A stretch of 64,000 nt of DNA from Octopus sinensis (Eukaryota). The notes under the pieces were generated by a model, which was given only the letters and a program-made list of their open reading frames with translations, did not search any database and was not told the DNA's origin. Position 1 is the stretch's first letter. Each line of letters starts with the position of its first letter. Position numbers and translations under genes: made by a program. Shown here piece by piece: positions 54,290 to 64,000 of this stretch. The stretch lies in the NCBI RefSeq assembly GCF_006345805.1, contig NC_042998.1:69440001-69504000 (forward strand). The letters run 5' to 3'.

Positions 54290-54660
54290 CGGAGTGTTAT
54301 GTAACAGTCCGATTATGTAACCCTGCGTTCTTCAGAGGTAGCCGTTATGGAATGAAATATGGCGACTGCTCTCTATTGTTGGAGGTGAACAGGCACATCC
54401 GGTTTGCGGTTGCTGTGAAAAAGATGATGAAACGAATCGGGCAGGGATTAAGTTATGTCCCATGGTATCAAAAACATCATCTCTGGAGTTGGTTTTGTTG
54501 CAAGTCGGCGAAAGCTTTCTGAAAAAAGAGTCTATGGGGAATGTGTATCTTTAAGGTTGGTGCTCTTGTGGAAATGGATTGTATAGCCTTTGCAGAGAAG
54601 GGGCATGCACATCTGTGCTCATTAAGGTTTCCTTTTATGCTTTGGTTAAATTTTTGCGGC
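54290..54660 (-). mobile_element. Possible second decayed Penelope-like GIY-YIG fragment
   Basis: FNQSIKGNLNEH, IHFHKSTNLKD and EMMFLI pieces loosely recall the PLE endonuclease C-terminus; heavily frameshifted. Confidence 0.35.
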
Positions 54661-54877
54661 AATTAGGTCTGCCATACTTCATTTTTAATACTTATTCTAT
54701 CTGATATCATTTTCGACACTCTCTCATATCCACCGCCACCCTCTCGTTCCCTCCTGAACACTGACTTCACCTGTGTCGTAAATGAACAGCAAAGGGTATA
54801 ACACAGCTCCATCTTACGCGCATACACAAACCATATATATAATATATATATATATATACACACATACATATATATAT

Positions 54878-54914
<37 letters not shown>

Positions 54915-54917
54915 CAC

Positions 54918-55602
54918 ATTATGGCTGCCCCCTCGTTATCGAGTATAGCCATTGCACGAATCTTAACTGTTACTGGTGCTGTGATCGAATGTGACTTTTT
55001 AGCCCAGCTAAAGATCTACAATGTCTTGTACAAAATTGGCAACTAAAACCTTTACTGGTAATAGCCGGCTGTAGTTGTAACTGGGCTTCATGTACCTTTG
55101 CATGTCGTTTAAGTCCTCCTGCCGAATTACACTCTCTTCCACATGCCCGACAGATATGATTAATATGGTGTGTTACACCACCACCAGTGGCCATGTTGTC
55201 ATTCATCTGTCTCGTTTTATGACTACGAAGATGACTCTTGAGTCCAGCTTTACTGAGGCAGGGTCTTACACAGACATTGCATGTCAGCATCAAATGAAGA
55301 CCCTTCCCTTCTGGAAGTGTAACAGCGATGCCCTTTCTGACATCCCTCCTTACTTTCTCATGTGCAACTCGAGATTTCTCAAAAGTGGCTGTCCCCTCAT
55401 GCACAATCCTTCTCCACCAGCTACAATCAATAACTATGCCTTCCCATGTGTCAGGAGAGATGCAAGCATCTCTTAAGGAAGCCTTCAGCAAGTCCTTATA
55501 CCTCTTTTTTGGTTTATGTGGAGGTCGTTCTCCTTTAGCTAACTCTCCATAAAAGAGTTGTTTTGGCATCCTTGAATCCTTCATCCTGACCAGATGACCA
55601 CG
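54918..55602 (-). mobile_element. 5'-truncated RTE (BovB-like) LINE with intact ORF end and three C2H2 zinc fingers
   Basis: GHLVRMKDSRMPKQLFYGEL..G.R...KPKKRYKDLLK.SL... then CNVC..H..H, CRAC..H..H, CQFC..H...H; open to stop at 54970. The N-terminal third of the listed 300-aa ORF is only microsatellite. Confidence 0.9.
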
Positions 55603-55877
55603 TATATATATATATACATATATATACATACACACACATATATACATACACATACATATATACATACACACACACATATATATAAGTATATACACACATA
55701 TATATATATACACGCACACAACAGAAACAGGTTTCAAAGAAAAAAGACTACACGTGGTATAATTAGAGGAAAAGTAAAAAGAAACAAGGAAAATGCACAC
55801 TAGGTACAAAAGTAATAGCTTTAAAATATACATATATATATTAAGAAGTATAAAATCATTATTATGAGTCATTATAG

Positions 55878-55916
55878 AAAGTCATACCGGTTTCGCCATA
55901 GCTGGTCACTGACTTT
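55878..55916 (-). ncRNA. Minimal type I hammerhead ribozyme candidate (Penelope-associated type), G3-C8 core variant
   Basis: Minus strand reads AAAGUCA-GUGACCA-GCUAUGGC-GAAA-CCGG-U-A-UGACUUU: 7-bp stem I, core, short stem II, GAAA, palindromic stem III (ACCGGU), GUA cleavage triplet. Confidence 0.7.
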
Positions 55917-55929
55917 GAATCAACATATA

Positions 55930-56115
55930 TATAGTCGTCACTAAAGTGACGGAGGGTGCTAGAAATAAGAGTCAAAACAACTCTTAGCTACGTGAGAGAA
56001 CTTTTCTAACGGCTTACAAGGGAGGATAGTCGTTAGCTAAGTATTCTCACGTGGCTAAGAGTTGTTTTGACTTTTATTTCTAGCACCCTCCACCGTCACT
56101 TTAGTAACGACTATA
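55930..56115. repeat. Inverted repeat in the Penelope-like element 3' region
   Basis: 55930-55997 is the reverse complement of 56045-56115 with a few substitutions and a 3-bp indel. Confidence 0.9.
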
Positions 56116-56203
56116 CTTGTTACCTTTCGGTTACAAAATTGCGAATAGATGGATGGATATATCGTCAGTAAACCATAAATCCGAAAAAGAAGCAAACTGT
56201 AAG

Positions 56204-56878
56204 TTATAGAACCTGCTTTTTCCAATAGACCAGCAGGAATTTCCTGATAGGCAAGCACTGTCCGAATGCCTCCGTTCTGGAGTTAAGGATGTTCGCTGAG
56301 TCGAGGGAGTCCTTTAGTATCCTCGCCCATTCCGCTATACACAGTTTACAGCGCTTGATCCCGTTTCTGTCGGCGCCTAGATTTTCTAGGATCCTCCATG
56401 ATATTGTATGTGGAATCCTGTCATCCTTCAGCTGCCATACATGGTTGGCTAATGATGTAATGTATCTCCTTTCTGTTATCCTGAAGGAGGATCTGTGGTC
56501 GGAGAAGCGTTGCTTGAATGTGTTACTGGAGCAAATGATGTATCTCCGTTCTCGGGTGTTGGTGTTGCTGCTACCACTGTTGATGGTACTGTCGCTGTTG
56601 GTGTCATTGGAGGTGGCGATGGTGTTGGTAATGGTGCTGCTGTTCTTATGGTCAATATCGTTGATGGAGGCACTGTCACTGCTGTTATAGCTATCACTGG
56701 CGATGGCTCTGCTGCTATTTCCGTTACGGATACTGCCATTGCTGTCGTTGATGTTGTTATCGCTGGCAACAGTGCTGCCGCTGGTTCTGTTCGTGTCTCT
56801 GTTGCTGCTACTACTATTGGTACTGTCGACCCTGCTGCTGTAGAAGCCATTGGGGAAGTTGCTGATATTGCTAAATCT
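56204..56878 (-). mobile_element. Penelope-like element 3' fragment: GIY-YIG endonuclease end preceded by Ser/Asn-rich linker
   Basis: Open frame of 224 codons without ATG, absent from the ORF track: ...RYIICSSNTFKQRFSDHRSSFR...TSLANHVWQLKDDRIPHTISWRIL...KRCKLCIAEWARIL...ILNSRTEAFGQC. This matches the typical PLE C-terminus pattern (YIG..F..R..H..SF / L..Y/HVW.LK / C.LC..E / LN.R.E..C). Confidence 0.8.
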
Positions 56879-57956
56879 TTAACAAAAGTTATTACAACAT
56901 CAGAGATAAGGAAGTAACGTCTTCTAAACCACGGAAGTGTTACATAGGCTACAATTGAATTAGTAGAAGGATACAAACAGCTAAACTGTTACAGAGGTAC
57001 TATTTTACTGACGGCAGAAGAGTAAAAATATCTTTGACAATTCCATCTGCTAATCAAGTGAAACGAAAATAAATACGGCAAAGAATAGGAAAAAAATTGT
57101 TTCTTTCCCATGACGTAGTCGTTGACATAAGAAAGGAAAAGAAAAAAAAAAGGTGGGGAGGTAGTGAAATCCAAGTCATCTGATACCAACAGAGAAAAAC
57201 TGAAAGACAAAAAGCAGGTTCTGCAACAAGAACTGACCAATTATCTCTTGTTTCAGTTATTGGACTGCAGTTATGCTGGGGCACCATCTTGTTCTGCTGG
57301 TTACATGACAACTTGGAGGACTTAACCCATTTGTTACCAAATTTCTAGTGAAATGCTTTGTCTCACCATTTCAACATCCACTTTTCCATGCTTGCATGGG
57401 TCGGAGTCGCCAACCCTCACCGGTTTCCAAGTAGTGCTAAACTGAATGATGGATTAGGTCTAATGGGCTTCTATACTCCCAGTCAACCAAATTATACACA
57501 CAAGGTTTTGGTTAACCCAAAAATATGGAAAAAGGCATTTACTCAAAGTGCCATTAGGAAAATATGAACCTGGAATCATGCAATAGCAAAAATACAGTGC
57601 CATCCTAATCTTTTTTAATACCACTCCACTTCAGACCACCACCTCCAGTACTTTGAGGCAGAAGTTATTGCTTAAAAACATTTCACATTTAAATAAAAAC
57701 CATCTATTTTGTCTCAAACACCAGTTTTTATAATGTTGTGTTCCAAATAACAGCTTGTGTAATGTTCCACGCATTGAGGAAAGTTGGTTATTTTATTAAA
57801 TTCCACAAGCCCTGCAAGGTGGGATGGCTGTTGCAAGTGTCACTGACTATTCTCTGTGGCAATACCTTTGCAATCATGTCCACAAGATGCGACTAAACAT
57901 GCCATTCATTCTGGGATGTACATGCCATTACTCCCTCCCACATCATCTGCTACTCA

Positions 57957-58181
57957 CAGTAATCCCTCAACTATCGCTGGAATTACATTCCAACCACCAC
58001 CACCGCGCGATAGGTGAAAATTCGCAAAGTAGAAACAGTACTGTACTGTATATTTGTTTTCTTATTTTTATAATTTGTATATATTTTTTTTTATAAATGC
58101 AAAACAACACCATGGACAAATTGATGTAAGCTTAAATAATAAACCGCGATAGGTGAACTGCGATATGGCGAGGGATTACTG
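57957..58181. mobile_element. pogo/Tigger-like MITE
   Basis: TIR CAGTAATCCCTC..CTATCGC / GCGATATGGCGAGGGATTACTG. Confidence 0.65.
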
Positions 58182-61100
58182 ACCCCCTCCCCCCGTTTTT
58201 TTCTCTTTGTTTCGTTAGGTAGTTATGAGGTTTTTCTTGATAATTTGATCTTTTTTACATTCATTTTTTTTTTTTTCTCTTCCTATAAAAATATGTCACA
58301 AATAAAACATAAAATAGTTCAATGTATAGCTGTAAATGTTTTCAAAATTAACTGAAACACACGGACAGTGGTATTTCATTGGAAAATATGATCATCGAAT
58401 GGATTTAAAACAATTTCACCCTGGTAAGTAAAATAGATGTTAAGAGAATGGAACATACAAAGAGAGACTAGAGTAGGAAGAGAGTGAATGTTAGATTCAT
58501 AAAGAAACATCATTGTAGAATGCAAAGATAATGGGTCATAAACCTGCACCAAAGTGTAACTCCAACAAATACATAAAAATAATTCTTTCTAATTTTGGCA
58601 CCGGGCCAGCAATTTTGAGGGGAGTGGTCAAGTTGATTACTTCAACCCCACTACTTATACTCTATTTTATTAACATCATAAGGGCATCCAGCCGTAGAAA
58701 CACTGCCAGATTTGACTGGGCCTGATGAAGCCTTCTGGCTTCACAGACCCCAGTAGAACCGTCCAACCCATGCTAGCATGGAAAACGGACGCTAAACGAT
58801 GATGATGATGATAAGGATGAAAAACAAAGTCAGCTGCAATGGATTTGAACTCAGAACATTCAGAGCTGAAAGAAACGCTGCCAAATGTTTTATCTGATGT
58901 GCTCACAATGCTGCCAGCTTGCTATTATTAACAGGTTGGCACCATGTAAAAAACACCCATGATGGTGCTACACAAAGATCACACAGTAGTAAACTGGTTG
59001 GCATTAGGAAGGGCATCCAGCCATAGAAACCTTATCAAAACAGACAATTGGAGCCTGGTGCACCTCTCTGGCTTGCCCATTTGTCACATCATCCAACACA
59101 TACCAGCATGGAAAACAGATTAACTGAAGATGATGATGATGATAAAAAAATAATGGGCTTGAAATATAAATAGAGATGGCTCTTACATATCATCTAATTA
59201 TGCAGACCACTGATTAAGGTAAACGACTTACTGGCTTGATGCCAACAGTAAACAAAAGGCTTTAAATAAAATTTGTGCTAATTAGTTGTTTTAATTTCCT
59301 TTTTGACTTGTATTTGTCTAATAATTAACCTGATCTCATTTGAAACTGAAGCAATTACATAGAAGAAGCACCTCTTTAGTTGCATAAAAACACACAGAAA
59401 TTCAGAAATTTGTTTACAAGATTTTCATTGTGCAGCCATGGATGTATGGTAAGAAGTTTGCTTTCCAACCATGTGATCTTGGATTCAGTCCCACTGCACA
59501 GCACCTTGGGCAAGTGTCTTCTGCTATAGTCACAGGCTAAAGCCTTGTGAGTTGATTTGGTAGATGGAAACTGAAAGAAGCCCATCATATATGTGTGTGT
59601 GTGCCTTTATCTAGACATCATGTGATGGCTGTAAATGAGCATCATCATACAAGTAAAGTTGTTTGTTTCCAGTCTTCTACGAAAGCATGTATAGGTACGG
59701 GGAAGGCATCCGGCTGTAGAAAATCTACCTCAACAGATTCCATCAAACACATGCAAGTTTGGAAAAGTGAACATCAAATGCTGATGAAGATGATGATGAG
59801 CTGCAAGCCGGTCACTGACACAGTTGTAGTGGAACAATATCAATGACCATGTTGCAAAAATGTGGCGAAAATTTTGGCATGCCAGGAAAAAAAAAATATT
59901 GGTTTTTGTGTTTTGAACACCAAAATGGCTCTTCTGTGACATATTTGCAAAGAATTTTCTTTGCTTCCCCAAGTGACAATACTTCTATTAAAGGATTTTT
60001 AGAGCTGCTTACATCTGGTGCATAATTTCTATTTTATTCAGCCTAAGAAGCATCATAGCAAACCAGTGTATAGTTTAAACACTGTCCCTATATACTCCAG
60101 ACTAGCCAATTCAACCTAGTTTTGGAAGTGACACAAGTGCATGACACTGACAAGCTGCAACAATGATGAAATACATATGTTATTCTTGCAGTCACTTCCG
60201 GAGCAATTCGGTTGTGCCCAGCTCTGATATATATATGTAAAATGGAGATTTTTTCAGATGTAACACCCCAGCTTCTGATCTTTCAATGAAACATATATGT
60301 TAAGTATGTCATGCAGATAAAGAGTTTACTCTAAAGAGACTGTTATATCATAATTTCATATTTTTAATTCAAATGAAATTTTGTTTTGTCTTATTCAATT
60401 TGCTTTGATATTTTTACCATTCCGATTTGATAAGAACAAACATAAACAAAAATACATTAAAAAAAACTAAACAAAAAACAACAAAAGAAAAAACATTTCA
60501 TCTTCAATTTGTTTTAGTAATAAAAAGTCACAGAGTAACTTTTATAGGTGGGTATTGAACACTTTATAGTCATTAAATAATAATAATAATAATTGTGATA
60601 TCTGACAGAGGCACAAGGCCACAAATAAATGAGGAGGTGGGTATAGTTGATTATATCAATCCCAGTATGTAACTGGTACTTTATTTTATCAACTTCACAC
60701 AGATGAACGGTAAAGTTGATCCTAGTCGGATTTGAACTCAGAACGTAAAGGGACTTAAATGAATACCACAAGATATTTTGTTTGACTTTCTACTGATTCT
60801 GTCATCAACTGCCCTAGTAATAAAAAACAATAATGACGATATTAATAATAATAATAATAAAAATAATAATAATAGTTTTGGCAATACAAACAGGAAAATA
60901 AAACTCAAAACATGAGTAAATATACTTTTTTTTAATATTAATCAGCAGAAGTCACAAAGTGACTCAAAGACTAAGAATTTTGTGTGTTGGCATTTATCAA
61001 AGTTTGCTAAGAGCCAATGCACGAAACTCTCAGCCTTGAGACACTCTGTAACTTCAGCCAATTAATAATAATAATAATAATAATTTCAAAATTAACAAAA

Positions 61101-61438
61101 ACAACTAATTAAAGTACCAATTTGGTAAGTCATTATCACCACTTCACGTTAGAGCAGTGATTGCTTCTTCTGACTGTTGGATCTATTTCCAACACATTCT
61201 AAGTAAAATAATTCAAATGGAAGCAATCAATAATATTGGCTCATATCAGGAATAGAATTAATTTCTTTTCGTAATTAAAATTTATAGAGGAATTCAGCTT
61301 GTTTTTTTTTTTTTTTTTGGTTTTGTTTTGTTTTCTTTTCCTTTTCTTTTATTTATATATATATATGTATATATTTATATATTTTTGTAACCAAAATGGC
61401 TCAATAACAGAAGTGAATTTAGCACTGAAAATAAAATT

Positions 61439-62770
61439 TCAGTTACCAAAATCACTGATAGTACTATTATGGCGGGTTTTCCGCAGTCCTAAGTCATTTT
61501 CATTTGAACTTTTGGCAGAACTCGATAATGCAGCAGTTTTATTAAAATCTATTTCAGCGTAACTCTCAGTACGTTTGCCTGGAGATTCAGGGAAAGACGA
61601 GAAGCCTAAGGGTGACGTTGGTGACACACAACCACCACTAGACAAGTTATCGGAACTCCGATTTAAATCCAGTTGTATATATGTTACTTTGCGGCCTTCA
61701 TTGCTGGCCTGGGGCACTGGCGGAGGGGGTGGTAGGGGATGGAAAGGCTGAGCTTGCACCAAACACTGTGGTACTTGTTGCTGTAGTTGCCCAGTTTGTT
61801 TCATTTGAACTTGATGCAGTGAAGCTTGCTGGCTGTTACTGGGAGTGGACAAACAAGGGGAAGTTGCTGCAGAGGCAACGCTTGACATGGGCAACACAGG
61901 GCTGTTCTGAATTGATACGTTAGCATAATTACAGTCACCAGCATTTAGTGTATTTAGATTCAAACCCTCAACTTCTCCGTTGCAGTCAGCAGTTACATTG
62001 ATGTAGTTTGGATTGCCGGACTGGTCTCCAGCCACGTCTGTGAACACTTCCGGATCGGCATAATTACCATTGCCATCAGTAATCATGTCCGGTTGAGAAT
62101 CAATGCTTTCATCGCAAAGATTCTCCGTACTCTTGGGTAAATCCAAGACAGCATAATTAACAGCAGAATCTTGTAGAATGACACAAACATCCATGTCCAA
62201 AAGAGGCGTTGTACTGTCTGTAAGTCCAGAATGCATTTGAGGCATGGCATTGATATAGTCATGACTAGTACTGTCTGCGACAGTGGAACCATTTACATAA
62301 AGACGCATACCATTGTTGCAACGCATCAAACCATTCTGAGGCAATCGATTTGATATCATCATTCCATTATGATCGGGATTTTCAATCATGGAATTTGGAC
62401 GACTATGAAGTCGATTGGTACTGCCAAGGTGACTCTGGTTGGCTCGTTCTTCTTGCCCAGCTCGCTGAATACATTCCTGAACCAAATTGAACAACTCTTC
62501 AGCATGCTGACATTTGAAAGCAAATATAGCAGGTCCAGTAGGACAACGTCGACCACTCTCAAATGAAAAGAGTTCTGCATCACAGCCATAGCGTCGCAGA
62601 CAACGAACTGGCCATCGAACAGTCTCTTTACCTTTTTGGTATAAGATCAAATCCTGTTCCCCCACTTCTATCTTGCCAGCATTCAGCTCAAGTCCATTGT
62701 CGTCAACATTGTAGACACGGAAAACACGTCTGGTGGGGTTTATATCCCTGCGAGAATATATACACCCCAT
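61439..62770 (-). CDS. FRS2: Fibroblast growth factor receptor substrate 2/3 (FRS2-like) docking protein, 443 aa, CDS in a single exon
   Basis: Myristoylation-type N-terminus MGCIYS. IRS-type PTB domain (LRRYGCDAELFSFESGRRCPTGPAIFAFKCQHAEELFN). Four Grb2-type YxN motifs (YVNG, YINA, YINV, YANV) and SHP2-type motifs (NYAVLDL, TYIQLDL, SYAEIDF). A polypyrimidine+AG acceptor at 62811-62812 lies 40 nt upstream of the ATG, implying an upstream 5'UTR exon. Confidence 0.93.
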   Translation of the reverse strand: MGCIYSRRDINPTRRVFRVYNVDDNGLELNAGKIEVGEQDLILYQKGKETVRWPVRCLRRYGCDAELFSFESGRRCPTGPAIFAFKCQHAEELFNLVQECIQRAGQEERANQSHLGSTNRLHSRPNSMIENPDHNGMMISNRLPQNGLMRCNNGMRLYVNGSTVADSTSHDYINAMPQMHSGLTDSTTPLLDMDVCVILQDSAVNYAVLDLPKSTENLCDESIDSQPDMITDGNGNYADPEVFTDVAGDQSGNPNYINVTADCNGEVEGLNLNTLNAGDCNYANVSIQNSPVLPMSSVASAATSPCLSTPSNSQQASLHQVQMKQTGQLQQQVPQCLVQAQPFHPLPPPPPVPQASNEGRKVTYIQLDLNRSSDNLSSGGCVSPTSPLGFSSFPESPGKRTESYAEIDFNKTAALSSSAKSSNENDLGLRKTRHNSTISDFGN

Positions 62771-63202
62771 ATTGGTTTATGTTTCTCCCCCACCGCCCTT
62801 CTCAAATGTTCTGAAAAAAAAAAAAAGAGAAAAATATTATAGATCAACTGCTTGATAATAATATTCAAATATTTTACAGCAATATCAGTAAAAAAAGGAA
62901 AAACAAAAAAAAAAACAGACAATATAAGAGAGATATAATTTGAATAAAATGGGTGCAGGAAAGGCTGTATGCTTAAGCTTGCTTCCCAACCACATGGTTG
63001 CAGGTTGAGTCTTATTGCATAGCACCTTAGGCAAGTGCCTTCTATTATAGCCAGTGACCAATTAAGCCTTGTGAGTGGATTTGGTAGACATGGAAACAAA
63101 AAATGCTGTGTTGAGCCTGGTGCAGCCATCTGGTTCACCAGTCCTCAGTCGAACCGTTCAACCCATGCCAGCATGGAAAGCAGAAGTTAAACGATGATGA
63201 TA

Positions 63203-63234
<32 letters not shown>

Positions 63235-63582
63235 GCCCAGTCAAACTGTCCAACCCATGCCAGCATGGACAATGGATGTATGATGATGATGATATATATA
63301 TATATATACATACATACATTAATAAAGCATAATATTCATTATATACATACTAGCATATTAATGATAGAAAATTGCACATCAACACAATGGGGAAAACCAT
63401 TAATAAATGTTACCAGTCTAGTAAATGTACATACACAGAATTGAAGTACTTGAAGAATCAGATACAATTGTAACATCTCCGTTGAAAAAATATCCCACAT
63501 AATGTATATTCGTGTGTGTGTGTGTATATGCAGATATATATACACACACATATGTACATATTTATGCCACCACGATGTATAC

Positions 63583-63619
<37 letters not shown>

Positions 63620-63717
63620 TGGATAGATACATACATATATATATATACTTATTTTATTGGCCTATCTTCCCTCACTCTCTCTCTCTATATATATAGGTGT
63701 GTATGTATGTTTATATA

Positions 63718-64000
63718 CAGGGTGTGAGAGGTATTTGAGGACAATTCGTTTTTAGTTCATTACACCTTCAAATTATTTAGTGTATCATTTTTTTTATTTA
63801 TTCAGATAACCATTTCAAGATATCATGCTAACTCAAGAAATGAAAAAACCTGCAGTCATAGTTGCTATACATGCATACCACAGTGATTTAGAAATTAGCA
63901 ACTTTCTAAATGTTGCAAGATTATTCGTATACAAAGTTCGGTTGGAATTGAAGGCATGTGATGGTAATGTTTCACCTGCATCAAAGAGAAAAAAACATTC
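63718..64000 (+). mobile_element. Left end of a Tc1/mariner element with transposase N-terminus, cut by window end
   Basis: TA|CAGGGTG terminus; ATG at 63825 gives MLTQEMKKPAVIVAIHAYHSDLEISNFLNVARLFVYKVRLEL...KRKKH (HTH-type start). Confidence 0.75.

Noticed and set aside
54270-54340. CTGAAGA-ACG...CGT-T-GAAT on minus near the second Penelope-like fragment
   Set aside because: A15.1 is missing and stems I and III cannot be drawn.
56476-56976. 166-aa mucin-like Thr/Ala/Pro ORF as a gene
   Set aside because: It is an alternative frame of the Penelope-like linker; the adjacent frame carries the recognisable motifs.
58724-58745. CTGATGA followed by AGCC/GGCT hairpin
   Set aside because: No GAAA or stem III; it is a mutated part of SINE-like family C (other copies read CTGGTGCAGCC).
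490-63696. Most of the short ORFs in the supplied track (YIYI, CVCV, HTHT-rich and SINE-derived peptides)
   Set aside because: They are translations of microsatellites or of recurring SINE sequence (e.g. THKALV, CHAVGLNPEP), with no domain or splice support.

Overview
AT-rich, microsatellite- and SINE-saturated eukaryotic DNA. The repeat families resemble those of octopus (cephalopod mollusc); this is inferred from memory of the families, not from a search. Two protein-coding segments are supportable. One is a complete single-exon FRS2/3-type FGF-receptor adaptor (61439-62770, minus). The other is the last ankyrin repeat plus a long acidic tail of a PPP1R27-like protein (exon from 37988, plus), whose upstream exons I could not find. 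The rest is mostly SINE families, decayed LINEs (CR1-type, three RTE types, HERO/RLE), Penelope-like (GIY-YIG) fragments, and Tc1/mariner, hAT and piggyBac-type MITEs. No rRNA, true tRNA gene or CRISPR array was seen. Best candidates for something new: (1) a 39-nt minimal hammerhead ribozyme (55878-55916, minus) downstream of a Penelope-like endonuclease frame, with the conserved C3-G8 core pair swapped to G3-C8; (2) a perfect 243-bp palindrome carrying a variant hammerhead-like motif on both strands (7753-7995); (3) repeated local template-switch signatures, namely several fold-back duplications and a two-donor templated insertion copied from 13 kb away. Coordinates of decayed repeats are approximate (tens of bp).
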